From an uncultured Christensenella sp. (GTDB lineage Bacteria > Bacillota > Clostridia > Christensenellales > UBA1242), in NCBI GenBank assembly GCA_905195085.1, contig CAJJUK010000003.1, forward strand, positions 1 through 61,397: a stretch of DNA of 61,397 nt, read 5' to 3'. The position numbers and the translations under genes are program-made. Positions 50,201 to 59,106 of the stretch are shown here, one piece after another; the stretch's first letter is position 1; every line of letters starts with the position of its first letter. The notes beneath the pieces were generated by a model that was not told the origin of the DNA, did not search any database, and saw only the letters and a program-made list of their open reading frames with translations.

Positions 50201-50969
50201 GGGACAAGTTTTGGAAGTTCACTTGGGTCTTGTTGCTGGCTCTCTTGGTTGGAAGGTTGCAACTCCTGACTTTGATGGTGCTGATGCAGAAAAGATTCAA
50301 CAACTTTTGGTTGAGAACAACTTCCCTGCTGATGGCAAAGTTCAACTTTACGACGGCAGAACAGGGGAACCTTTTGAAAACAAAACCACTATTGGTATGA
50401 AATATATGCTTAAACTTAACCACATGGTTGACAGCAAGATTCACGCTCGTTCAATTGGACCATACTCTCTCATCACTCAACAACCACTCGGCGGTAAAGC
50501 ACTCTTTGGTGGCCAGAGATTTGGTGAAATGGAAGTTTGGGCTTTGGAAGCTTATGGTGCTTCTCACGTTCTTCAAGAAATGCTTACTGTTAAGTCCGAT
50601 GACGTTGTCGGAAGAGTTAAAACTTTTGAAGCTATTGTCAAAGGTCAACCTATTGCTGAACCTGGAATTCCAGAAAGCTTCAAAGTTTTGGTTAAGGAAT
50701 TGCAAGCTCTTGCACTTGATGTCAAGATTTTGACAGAAAATGATGAAGAGATTGAACTTCCAGAACTCTCTCAAGACGAACAAGACAAGGTTGGACTTGA
50801 CGCAGATGTTGAGAAAGATTTGAAGAATGTCACAATTGACATTGATGATATGATTTCTGACACTGACGAAAAGACAGAAGTTCAAAAAGAAATTGAAGAA
50901 GAAACAGCAATGCCTTCAAGTCTTGAAGATATTGATCTCTTCGATGATTTTGGAGATTTTGACGAATAG
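47265..50969 (+). CDS. rpoB: DNA-directed RNA polymerase subunit beta
   Basis: 1,234 aa with conserved RpoB blocks throughout (e.g. [13 protein letters not shown]). GAGGAG SD. Acidic C-terminal extension. Confidence 0.97.
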   Translation: MSDIMKKQKFGKTERYTFAQLKDYIDIPPLLEIQRNSYKDFIENGIKEVLDEFSPVVDYSGKAKLYFLDVVMDKEPKYSKKECKRRSATYSIPLNVKTRFVVEETGQAVEDVVFLGDIPYMTEDCSFIFNGVERVVVNQIIKSPNYYLLRDKTRDNTTLHGQIIPKRGMYIEFEQGANEVLKVVLDRKHKITLGLFLKCFGYTADEISKLFGGHRLIKNVLEKETQNTQEEALLEFARKTRPADVPSAETTRSYLNLWFFSEQWYNLSRVGRYNLNKKFSIERRVLGHILAEDVISPDGEIIAKAGQEATPEIAHKIKASGVNEVWIQLPDKKYLMRGNNRVKLSDVFPCDEKSLGILEEVYYPVLAEILKENKTKEKRMQAIKEHAKDLMITTLTMDDILAAISMYLDVLEDIAKTDKIEHLSNKRIATVGELFYDHFRSGVTKLVANIRETLQGKELSEVTPRQIVNPKAINRALRDFVASSQLSQLMDQVNPLSGITQKRRVSAVGPGGIKKERADAEVRDIHYTNYGRICPIETPEGQAIGLVNTLTSYAKVNEYGFLETPYRRVDKETGKVSDKCEYFMADIEDTAYIAQATEPLDEEGRFINKRVVCRHKDYAIEVPARQVDFVDASPRQFISVATSLIPFVNSNEANRALMGANMQRQAVPLLRPEAPIVGTGMEAIVAHDCGYTQLAREDGEVVYVSADEVRVKNVKGDIDIYNLIKFDKTNDETCFNQKPCVVKGEKVKKGEVIIDGYSTDNGELALGKNVLVGYMNWEGYNYEDAILINERLVKEDVFTSICLKVEELKCRTTKLGDEQITRDIPNLGEDALKNLDENGIIRIGAEVRAGDILVGKVTPKGETELSPEERLLRAIFGEKAREVRDTSLRVQHGKGGVVVDVQVFSRKNKDELEPGVNELVKVFIAQKRKLSVGDKMSGRYGNKGCISIVMPEADMPFMANGRPLDIVLNPLGVPSRMNLGQVLEVHLGLVAGSLGWKVATPDFDGADAEKIQQLLVENNFPADGKVQLYDGRTGEPFENKTTIGMKYMLKLNHMVDSKIHARSIGPYSLITQQPLGGKALFGGQRFGEMEVWALEAYGASHVLQEMLTVKSDDVVGRVKTFEAIVKGQPIAEPGIPESFKVLVKELQALALDVKILTENDEEIELPELSQDEQDKVGLDADVEKDLKNVTIDIDDMISDTDEKTEVQKEIEEETAMPSSLEDIDLFDDFGDFDE

Positions 50970-51064
50970 TTCTGGGGAACCAAACTTTATGAGTTTTTGA
51001 ATGTGAAAACATTTGAAAAATAAGTGAGCATATGTTCACATGAAAAAATTAAGGGGAATTTGAT

Positions 51065-54000
51065 ATGTTTGAACTTAATAACTTTGAAAAAATTAAAATA
51101 GGAATTGCTTCACCTGAAAAAATCAGAGAATGGTCTCATGGCGAAGTAACAAAACCTGAAACTATCAATTACAGAACTCAGAAACCTGAAAAGGACGGTC
51201 TTTTCTGCGAAAAGATTTTTGGACCTAAGAAGGACTGGGAGTGTCACTGCGGTAAATATAAGAGAATTCGTTACCGTGGCGTTGTCTGTGACAAATGTGG
51301 GGTTGAAGTTACAAGATCAAAAGTTCGTCGTGAAAGAATGGGACACATTGAACTTGCTGCTCCTTGCACTCATCTTTGGTATTTCAGATCTATTCCTTCA
51401 AGAATTGGAACTCTCCTTGACTTGACTCCAAAAACTTTGGAACAAGTAGTTTATTATATCAACTACATCGTTACAGACCCTAAAAACACAGATTTGGAAT
51501 ATAAACAAATCTTGAATGATAAGGAATATCGTGACGCTATTGAAAAATATGGCTATGGCAGTTTTGATGCTGGTATGGGCGCTGAGGCAATCAAGAAATT
51601 ACTTGGCGACATTGACCTTGAAAAAGAAAGTGCTGCTTTGAAAGAAGAAATCAAAACATCAAAAGGACAAAGAAAGGTTAAGGCTGCAAAGAAACTTGAT
51701 GTTGTTGAATCTTTCAGAAAGAGTGGAAACAATCCAACTTGGATGGTTCTTGATGTTATTCCTGTTCTTCCACCAGATTTGCGTCCTATGGTTCCATTGG
51801 ACGGTGGTAGATACGCAACAAGTGACTTGAACGATTTGTATCGTCGTGTTATCAACAGAAATAACCGTTTGAAAAAGTTGATGGAACTTGGAGCTCCTGA
51901 TGTCATCATCAGAAATGAAAAGAGAATGCTTCAAGAAGCCGTTGACAACTTGATTGACAATGGTAAACGTGGAAAACCTGTTCAAGGCAGTAAGCAAAGA
52001 GATTTAAAATCACTTACTGCTATGCTCGGCGGTAAACAAGGTAGATTCAGACAAAACCTTCTTGGTAAGCGTGTTGACTATTCTGGTCGTTCAGTTATCG
52101 TTGTTGGTCCTGAACTTAAGATGTATCAATGCGGTCTTCCAAAAGAAATGGCTCTTGAACTTTTCAAACCTTTCATCATCAACAGACTTATTGATATGAA
52201 TCAATCAAACAACATCAAGAGTGCTAAACGTATGATTGAAAGAGAAAAGCCTATTGTTTGGGACGTTTTGGCTGATGTTATCAAAGATCACCCAGTTCTT
52301 TTGAACCGTGCCCCAACTCTTCACAGACTTTCAGTTCAAGCATTTGAACCAGTTCTCGTTGAAGGAAAGGCAATTAAACTTCACCCATCTGTGTGTGCCG
52401 CATTCAACGCTGACTTCGATGGTGACCAAATGCCTGTTCACATTCCTCTTTCTATCGATGCAAGAACAGAAGCAAGAACTTTGATGCTCGCTTCCAACAA
52501 CATTTTGAAACTTGCTGATGGTGAACCTATCGTTACTCCTGCTCAGGACGTTGTTCTTGGTTGTTATTACTTGACTTTGGTTAAGCCAGGTGCAAAGGGA
52601 GAGGGGTCTATCTTCGCTTCTAAGAACGAAGTTATCTATGCATACCAAACAAAGAATTTGGATTTGCAAGCAGAAATCACTGTCAGACTTTCAAAAGAGG
52701 TTGACGGAAAGACATATACAAAGAGAGTTACAACTACTGTTGGTAGAATTTTGTTCAACAACATCATTCCACAAAACTTGGGATATGTTGACAGAAGCAA
52801 TCCAGAAAATGTTTGCGATCTTGAAATCAACAAACCTGTTAAGAAGAAAGATTTGGGCAAACTTGTTGCTGATTGTTATGACAAATTTGGAACAACAGAA
52901 TGTTCTAAACTTGTTGATAGACTTAAAGATATTGGTTATAAATATTCAACTTTGGCTTCTATCTCTGTTAATATTTATGACATTCAAGAACCAAAAGAAA
53001 AAGCTGAAATCTTGAAAGAAGCTGAAGCAAAAGTTCTTGAAAATGAAAAATTGCTTCGTCGTGGTCTTATCACTCTTGACGAAAAGATCAATGAAAACGT
53101 TGCAATTTGGAACGAAGCTGTTAACGAAGTTCAAAATGCTGTTGTTAAAGACATGGATACATTCAATCCATTCAACTTGATGGTTGGTTCTGGTGCTCGT
53201 GGTAACGCCGTTCAGTTGAACCAAGACTGCGGTATGATTGGTATTAAAGCCACAGCTTCCGGTGTTAAGAACGACACACCTATCAAATCTTCATTCAAAC
53301 AAGGTTTGACACCAATTGAATACTTCATCAACTCTCGTGGTTCGAGAAAAGGTTTGTCAGATACCGCTCTTAAAACAGCTGACTCTGGTTATTTGACAAG
53401 AAGACTTGTTGATATTGCTCAAGATGTTGTCATCACAACAGAAGACTGCTTTGCTGATGTTGGTGAAAAAGTTAAGGGTGTTATGGTTTCTGACCTTGTT
53501 AAAGACGGTTTTGTTCAAGAAACTTTGGAAGAAAGAATCTATGGAAGAGTTGCAGTTGATGACATCGTTGACCCTAAGACTAAGGAAGTTATCGTTCCTG
53601 CAAACACTATGATTTCCAAAGAACAAGCTGCAAGAGTGACAAAGGCTGGAATCAAAGAAGTTCAAATTCGTTCTCTTATCACTTGCCGTTGCAAACATGG
53701 CGTTTGTGCAAAATGTTACGGAAGAAACCTTGCTGGCAAGGATATGGTTACATTGGGTGAAGCAGTTGGTATTATTGCTGCTCAATCAATCGGTGAACCT
53801 GGTACACAGCTTACTATGAGAACATTCCACACCGGTGGTGCTGCGGTTGCTGCCGATATTACTCAAGGTCTTCCTAGAGTTGAAGAAATCTTTGAAGCAA
53901 GAAGACCTAAGGGTGAATGTTTGCTTTCAGAAGTTTCTGGAAAAGTTCACATCAAAGAAGATGCTAAGAACTATTTGATCACAATTGTGACAGGCGAAGG

Positions 54001-54598
54001 CGACATTGATTATGAAGTTAGAAAACCTGCTGTTCTCAAAGTTAAGAATGGTGAAACTGTTGAACCAGGAACTCAACTTACTGCAGGTGCAATCAACCCA
54101 ACAGATTTGCTTGTGACAAAAGGTCTTAAAGGACTTCAACAATATTTGCTTTCTGAAGTTATCTCTGTTTATCGTGGTCAAGATGTTAAGGTTAATGACA
54201 AACACATCGAAATCATCATCAGACAAATGCTTAAGAAAGTTAAGATTGAAGATTCTGGAGACACAAACCTTCTTTCTGGTGAAATTGTTGACATTTCTCG
54301 TTGTGACGAAGAAAATGAAAGAGTTTTGAAAGCTGGTGGAAAACCTGCTATTGCCAGAAGAATTCTTTTGGGTATCACAAAAGCTTCTCTTTCTACTGAA
54401 TCATTCCTTTCTGCTTCATCATTCCAGGAAACATCAAGAGTTTTGACTGATGCTGCAATCAAAGGCAAGGTTGACAATCTTATGGGTATCAAGGAAAATG
54501 TTATCATTGGAAAACTTATTCCTGCTGGTACTGGACTTAAGAAATATAGAACAGTTGTTCCTGTTAAAGTTGAAACAGAAGAAACAAATGTTGGTTAA
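51065..54598 (+). CDS. rpoC: DNA-directed RNA polymerase subunit beta'
   Basis: 1,177 aa. Zinc-binding CHCGKY...CDKCGVEV, catalytic NADFDGDQM, conserved RpoC blocks. Confidence 0.97.
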   Translation: MFELNNFEKIKIGIASPEKIREWSHGEVTKPETINYRTQKPEKDGLFCEKIFGPKKDWECHCGKYKRIRYRGVVCDKCGVEVTRSKVRRERMGHIELAAPCTHLWYFRSIPSRIGTLLDLTPKTLEQVVYYINYIVTDPKNTDLEYKQILNDKEYRDAIEKYGYGSFDAGMGAEAIKKLLGDIDLEKESAALKEEIKTSKGQRKVKAAKKLDVVESFRKSGNNPTWMVLDVIPVLPPDLRPMVPLDGGRYATSDLNDLYRRVINRNNRLKKLMELGAPDVIIRNEKRMLQEAVDNLIDNGKRGKPVQGSKQRDLKSLTAMLGGKQGRFRQNLLGKRVDYSGRSVIVVGPELKMYQCGLPKEMALELFKPFIINRLIDMNQSNNIKSAKRMIEREKPIVWDVLADVIKDHPVLLNRAPTLHRLSVQAFEPVLVEGKAIKLHPSVCAAFNADFDGDQMPVHIPLSIDARTEARTLMLASNNILKLADGEPIVTPAQDVVLGCYYLTLVKPGAKGEGSIFASKNEVIYAYQTKNLDLQAEITVRLSKEVDGKTYTKRVTTTVGRILFNNIIPQNLGYVDRSNPENVCDLEINKPVKKKDLGKLVADCYDKFGTTECSKLVDRLKDIGYKYSTLASISVNIYDIQEPKEKAEILKEAEAKVLENEKLLRRGLITLDEKINENVAIWNEAVNEVQNAVVKDMDTFNPFNLMVGSGARGNAVQLNQDCGMIGIKATASGVKNDTPIKSSFKQGLTPIEYFINSRGSRKGLSDTALKTADSGYLTRRLVDIAQDVVITTEDCFADVGEKVKGVMVSDLVKDGFVQETLEERIYGRVAVDDIVDPKTKEVIVPANTMISKEQAARVTKAGIKEVQIRSLITCRCKHGVCAKCYGRNLAGKDMVTLGEAVGIIAAQSIGEPGTQLTMRTFHTGGAAVAADITQGLPRVEEIFEARRPKGECLLSEVSGKVHIKEDAKNYLITIVTGEGDIDYEVRKPAVLKVKNGETVEPGTQLTAGAINPTDLLVTKGLKGLQQYLLSEVISVYRGQDVKVNDKHIEIIIRQMLKKVKIEDSGDTNLLSGEIVDISRCDEENERVLKAGGKPAIARRILLGITKASLSTESFLSASSFQETSRVLTDAAIKGKVDNLMGIKENVIIGKLIPAGTGLKKYRTVVPVKVETEETNVG

Positions 54599-54605
54599 TA
54601 TTAAA

Positions 54606-54636
54606 AGGGCTTCCAATTTGGAAGTCTTTTTTTTGT
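54606..54636 (+). terminator. intrinsic terminator after rpoC
   Basis: AAAGGGCTTCC-AATTT-GGAAGTCTTT hairpin followed by a T-run. Confidence 0.7.
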
Positions 54637-54739
54637 TTAAAGATAAAAAATTTTCTTAAAATAAACAAAAAACTTTATTTTTGCATATTGAATTCGCATT
54701 TTTTTCGTGATATAATCAACTTAATTAAGGGGATATGCT

Positions 54740-55738
54740 ATGGAAGAAAAAAAGTTTGAGTTTAAGGGTGTTGATTATGACAAAAAAGAAAACGAAGAAT
54801 TGCTTTATGAATTTTTGAAACTGTATTCTTATTATATTTCTGATCGTTCATATGTTTATAAGACCACCAGAAAGGCGATGAAGGAAAAATTCGACAAAAT
54901 TAAGGATAATGTTGTCGATTTGGCCAAAAGAGGTTCTTTGAAAGCTTTGTCATTTTATCTCAATCAAGAGGAAAAAATTGATTGGGACGAGGAACTTGTG
55001 GAAATCGCAAAAAAAATAGAGAGCAGAGAAGGACTTAAATCTCCTGAAGAATGGGAGGTTGTTGCTGGACTTCATGTTTATGATAGGGTTTACATCATTA
55101 TTGATGATGAAGTTGACACAATCAAAAAACTTAATAGTGCGATGGCATATGAATGGGTGCGTTTCAACGAACTTGAAAATGAATATGACCATGGCAGATA
55201 TTATGACAGTATGAAAGATTATTATCAATTACACAGATACTCCAGAGAGGAATTCCAAGATTTGGTTGGTGCAAGTCGAAGAAAATGTAATTGGCTTTAT
55301 CAATGTTTGAAAACAGGCACATATGCTGATGCAATCAAACATGCTCAATTAGGTTTTTATGGTCGATATATGAAAGACAGAGATGTCAAGGCGTTGTGGC
55401 AATTTTTGGAACTTAAAAAATCTCCTTATGATTTCTATTTTGAAACCGATGAATTGAAGAAATTGACAGGGGAAAATTATTATTTAGGTGATTATCACTT
55501 CTTTGCCATTCTGAAAAAGGAAGCTCGCAAAAAGTTTTTTGATAAAGTTTTACACAAAAATAAAAATGGAGAAAGTATTGTGGACGGTTTTGCTTTTGCT
55601 CGTTCCATGAACTTGCTTGGAGAATCAAGTGGATTTGTGGGTGTTGGAAAGTATGACAAGAAAATCGACCAGGGATATGTGGAAATTGCAGAAAGAGAAA
55701 AAACTTATGGTGGAAGAGAAGTAATTTTGGGAAATTAA
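54740..55738 (+). CDS. hypothetical cytoplasmic protein (332 aa), no recognisable motif
   Basis: Clean ORF with AAGGGGA SD and an upstream TGATATAAT extended -10 (~54703-54711). No TM helix or signal peptide. I recognise no family. Confidence 0.6.
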   Translation: MEEKKFEFKGVDYDKKENEELLYEFLKLYSYYISDRSYVYKTTRKAMKEKFDKIKDNVVDLAKRGSLKALSFYLNQEEKIDWDEELVEIAKKIESREGLKSPEEWEVVAGLHVYDRVYIIIDDEVDTIKKLNSAMAYEWVRFNELENEYDHGRYYDSMKDYYQLHRYSREEFQDLVGASRRKCNWLYQCLKTGTYADAIKHAQLGFYGRYMKDRDVKALWQFLELKKSPYDFYFETDELKKLTGENYYLGDYHFFAILKKEARKKFFDKVLHKNKNGESIVDGFAFARSMNLLGESSGFVGVGKYDKKIDQGYVEIAEREKTYGGREVILGN

Positions 55739-55747
55739 AAATTTTTA

Positions 55748-55776
55748 TTGACAAATGCAATTTTTTCTATTAAAAT
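55748..55776 (+). promoter_or_regulatory. consensus sigma-70-type promoter for the Asn-leader / aspS-gatCAB transcript
   Basis: TTGACA, a 17-nt spacer, then TAAAAT. Confidence 0.6.
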
Positions 55777-55804
55777 GATAATATAATTTTTAAAGGAGCA
55801 GATT

Positions 55805-55891
55805 ATGTTTAGTTTTGTTACTGTTAACAACAATAATAATAACAATAATAACACATTAAACTTAATGGGTTCCTTTTGCGTTGTTGATTAA
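55805..55891 (+). CDS. 28-codon Asn-rich leader peptide (MFSFVTVNNNNNNNNNTLNLMGSFCVVD)
   Basis: AAAGGAG (55792-55798) lies 6 nt before the ATG. Nine consecutive Asn codons at 55826-55852 and a tenth at 55859-61. TAA at 55889-91. Placed between a consensus promoter and an intrinsic terminator. Confidence 0.6.
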   Translation: MFSFVTVNNNNNNNNNTLNLMGSFCVVD

Positions 55892-55916
55892 CAGTTGACA
55901 GAAAAAAGTTGATTGG

Positions 55917-55946
55917 CGGAGTAGGAGAGAACCTACTCCGTTTTTT
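55917..55946 (+). terminator. intrinsic terminator (attenuator) between the leader ORF and aspS
   Basis: CGGAGTAGG-AGAGAA-CCTACTCCG, a perfect 9-bp stem, followed by TTTTTT. About 160 nt upstream of aspS. Confidence 0.75.
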
Positions 55947-56104
55947 GTTATAATTTTTGTCTTTAAAGGAGAAATGTCATGAAATTTTCGAGATATAAAA
56001 TTAACGCCCTGTTGGGCGAGATGAGTTTGATTTAGAAATTTATAAAAAACAATATAATCATTTTAAATATTTATGAAAATTTGATAAAATAAAAAGGAGT
56101 TAAT

Positions 56105-57403
56105 ATGAAAACTGAAATTAAAGATATTGAAGTCGGTGTTGAATGTGAAATATCTGGTTGGATTGAAAAATTCAGAGAACAAAAAACCATGTTATTTCTT
56201 GTCCTGAGAGATAGAAGTGGGCAAATTCAAGTCACCATTGAAAAGGCTAAAATGCCGGAACTCTCCAAAACTTTGGCTGGTCTTATGAGAGACAGCGTTA
56301 TCAGAGTTAGGGGAACTGCTGTGAAAGCAGATTTTGTTAAACTTGGCGGAATTGAATTTTTGCCAAAAGAGGTCACGGTCGAAAGTGTTGCTCAAAACAT
56401 GCCTATCGACAGTGAAAGCGCTCCAGAATTGAAGCTGGATTATCGCTGGATTGACCTTCGTGATGAGAAAAAAAGATTGGTGTTTGAAATCAGAACATTT
56501 GTTGAACATGTGATGAGAGAATATTTTGTTGAACATGGTTTCATTGAAATTCACACACCAAAAATTTCCTCTCAATGTAGTGAGGGTGGTGCGGAAGTTT
56601 TTGCAGTTGATTATTATGGACAAAAAGCATATCTCACACAAAGTCCACAATTCTACAAGCAAATGGCAATTGCATCTGGTTTTGAAAAAGTTTTTGAAAT
56701 TGGACCTTATTATCGTGCAGAGAAATCTTATACTGCTCGTCACACCGCTGAAAGCACTTGCGTCGATTTTGAAATTGCTGATGTCAAATCTCATCATGAA
56801 ATTATGGATTTTGAAGAAGATTGGATTTTGTATGTTTTGCAAAGAGTCAAGGACAAATATGGCAGTTTGATTAAATCTGTTTTTGACACGGAAATCAAGC
56901 TTCCTACTGACAGAATTCCAAGAATCAAACTTTGTGATGTATTCAAAATTTTTAAAGAAGTTTATGGAATTGATGTACCTGAAGCAAAACAACTTGACCT
57001 TGATCCTGAGGCTGAAAAGTTGATATGTGAATATGCAAGAGATTATCTTGGAAGCGAACTTGTTTTCATCACAGACTATCCTGCAGAGGCTCGCGCATTC
57101 TATTCAAAAAGATATGACGATGACTCATTGGATTGTATGTCCTTGGATCTTCTCTATCGTGGTTGGGAAATGAACAGTGGAGCAGTCAGAGAACATAGAT
57201 ATGAAGTTTTGAAAAAGCAAATTGCAGAAAAAGGCATTGATCCTGACAAAATGGCTGGGTATTTGGAATTCTTTAAATATGGTTGTCCTCCTCATGGTGG
57301 AATTGGTCTTGGAATTGACAGATTTATTGCCAGACTTCTTGATTTGCCAAGCATTAAAGATTCTATTTTTGTATTCCGTGGACCAAGCCGATTGGTTCCT
57401 TAA
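56105..57403 (+). CDS. aspS: archaeal/eukaryal-type aspartyl-tRNA synthetase (probably non-discriminating)
   Basis: 432 aa class IIb synthetase. OB-fold N-domain, motif 2 FEIGPYYRAEKSYTARH, motif 3 GGIGLGIDRFIARLL, C-terminus FVFRGPSRLVP like archaeal-type AspRS. Directly followed by gatCAB. Confidence 0.8.
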   Translation: MKTEIKDIEVGVECEISGWIEKFREQKTMLFLVLRDRSGQIQVTIEKAKMPELSKTLAGLMRDSVIRVRGTAVKADFVKLGGIEFLPKEVTVESVAQNMPIDSESAPELKLDYRWIDLRDEKKRLVFEIRTFVEHVMREYFVEHGFIEIHTPKISSQCSEGGAEVFAVDYYGQKAYLTQSPQFYKQMAIASGFEKVFEIGPYYRAEKSYTARHTAESTCVDFEIADVKSHHEIMDFEEDWILYVLQRVKDKYGSLIKSVFDTEIKLPTDRIPRIKLCDVFKIFKEVYGIDVPEAKQLDLDPEAEKLICEYARDYLGSELVFITDYPAEARAFYSKRYDDDSLDCMSLDLLYRGWEMNSGAVREHRYEVLKKQIAEKGIDPDKMAGYLEFFKYGCPPHGGIGLGIDRFIARLLDLPSIKDSIFVFRGPSRLVP

Positions 57404-57415
57404 AGGAGAAAAGGT

Positions 57416-57688
57416 ATGGAAAAAATTGAACATTTGGAATATTTAAGTAAACTTAAATTCTCTGATGAAGAGAAATCAAGTTTTGAAAAAGATTTTGACA
57501 GCATTGTCGCTTTTGTTGATGAAATTAAGCAATTGGAATTGCCTGACGATTTGGAAAAAGATAATCCAATTCCTTTGTCACAACTGAGAAGTGACGAGCC
57601 AAAAGACAGCATGAGTCAACAGGAGGTGCTTATGAATGCACCAAAACAAAAGGACGGATGTTATGTAACTCCGCTGGTGGTGGAATGA
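57416..57688 (+). CDS. gatC: Asp/Glu-tRNA amidotransferase subunit C
   Basis: 90 aa. LSKLKFSDEEKSSFEKDFDSIVAFVDEI is typical GatC. GGAG SD. Stop TGA overlaps the gatA start (ATGA). Confidence 0.9.
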   Translation: MEKIEHLEYLSKLKFSDEEKSSFEKDFDSIVAFVDEIKQLELPDDLEKDNPIPLSQLRSDEPKDSMSQQEVLMNAPKQKDGCYVTPLVVE

Positions 57689-59106
57689 TGGATTATTCAA
57701 AATTTTCGCTTTTGGAACTTCGTGATGGCATCGCTTCTGGAAAAATGTCCAGTGAAGAGATTGTTAGATTTTTCATTAAACAATGTGAAGATAAAAAAGA
57801 GTTGAATGCCATGATTGAAATCTTTTATGATTCAATTGACAAAGCAAAAGAAATTGATGCAAAGGTTTCAAAGAAAGAAAAGTTGGGAGCTTTGGCCGGA
57901 GTTCCTGTTGCAATCAAAGACAACATTTTGTATAAGGGTAAAAAAATGAGTTGCGCAAGCAAGTTTTTGGAAGATTTTGTTGCGCCTTATTCTGCTACTA
58001 TCGTTGAAAAACTTCTTGCCGAAGATGCAATTATCATTGGTCGAACCAATATGGACGAATTTGCAATGGGTGGAAGCTGTGAAAATTCTATCTATGGTGC
58101 TTGCCATAATGCTGTCGATTTTGACTATGTTGCGGGGGGCAGCAGTGGCGGAAGTGCTGTTGCTGTTGCGAGTGGAATGGTGCCTTGCGCAATTGGAACG
58201 GACACAGGTGGTTCAATCAGGCAACCTGCATCTTTCAATGGCGTGGTTGGTGTCAAGCCTACATATGGCACTGTTTCGCGTTATGGAATTGTTGCTTTTG
58301 CAAGTTCTCTTGACCAAGCATCACCAATTGCAAAAACGGTTGAAGATTGTGAATTTGTCATGAAAATTTTGGCTGGAAAAGACGAGCACGATGGAACAAG
58401 CATAGTTAATGATTTTGGAAGCAAGAAAGAGAAATACACGATTGGAATTTGCAAACAAATTATTGATGTTTTCAAAACAAAACCGGGTTATGAAAAATTT
58501 GCTGATGCCATAGACAAAATTAAAGATGTTTTTGATGTTGTTGAAGTGGAAGTTCCACATATTTCAAATTCACTAGCTTGTTACTACATTCTTGCACCAG
58601 CAGAGGCCACCTCAAACCTTGCGCGCTTTGATGGGGTCAAATATTCAAAACGTAGCGAAAAGGCTAAGGACCTTGAAAGTGTCTATGTTGAAAGCAGAAG
58701 TGAAGGCTTTGGCAAGGAAGTTAAAAGAAGAATTATGCTTGGAAACTTTGTGCTCTCAAGTGGTTACTTTGATGCTTATTACAACAAAGCAAAGAAAGTG
58801 CAAAGGTTGATCAGAAAAGAATTCAAATCTGCATTTGAAAAATGTGATTGCATCATTTTGCCTACAACTTCAGGAACGGCATTCAAAATTGGAGAAAAAC
58901 TTGGTGACCCAGTGTCGATGTATATGGAAGATTTGTTCACAGTTCCAGCAAACATCGCAGGCATTCCTGCGGTTTCTGTTTCTTATGCTAAGGGGGAGAA
59001 TGGTTTGCCTTTGGGAATGCAGTTCTTCGCCGATGAAAAATGTGAAAACAAAATGTTTGACATCGCAAAACAGTTTCAAAAGACTTTGGGAGGTGAACTG
59101 AGATGA
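57685..59106 (+). CDS. gatA: Asp/Glu-tRNA amidotransferase subunit A
   Basis: Amidase signature GGSSGGSAVAVA...GTDTGGSIRQPA. ATG 57685 overlaps the gatC stop (the ORF opens earlier at 57658). Confidence 0.92.
   Translation: MMDYSKFSLLELRDGIASGKMSSEEIVRFFIKQCEDKKELNAMIEIFYDSIDKAKEIDAKVSKKEKLGALAGVPVAIKDNILYKGKKMSCASKFLEDFVAPYSATIVEKLLAEDAIIIGRTNMDEFAMGGSCENSIYGACHNAVDFDYVAGGSSGGSAVAVASGMVPCAIGTDTGGSIRQPASFNGVVGVKPTYGTVSRYGIVAFASSLDQASPIAKTVEDCEFVMKILAGKDEHDGTSIVNDFGSKKEKYTIGICKQIIDVFKTKPGYEKFADAIDKIKDVFDVVEVEVPHISNSLACYYILAPAEATSNLARFDGVKYSKRSEKAKDLESVYVESRSEGFGKEVKRRIMLGNFVLSSGYFDAYYNKAKKVQRLIRKEFKSAFEKCDCIILPTTSGTAFKIGEKLGDPVSMYMEDLFTVPANIAGIPAVSVSYAKGENGLPLGMQFFADEKCENKMFDIAKQFQKTLGGELR

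Noticed and set aside
55739-56104. T-box riboswitch upstream of aspS
   Set aside because: I looked for the conserved T-box sequence (…GGTGGTACCGCG-like), AG bulge and specifier-loop architecture and found none. The region is too short and is instead occupied by the leader ORF and terminator.
56192-56992. 266-aa minus-strand ORF inside aspS
   Set aside because: Antisense shadow ORF of a conserved synthetase gene, Phe/Asn/Ile-rich with no recognisable domain.
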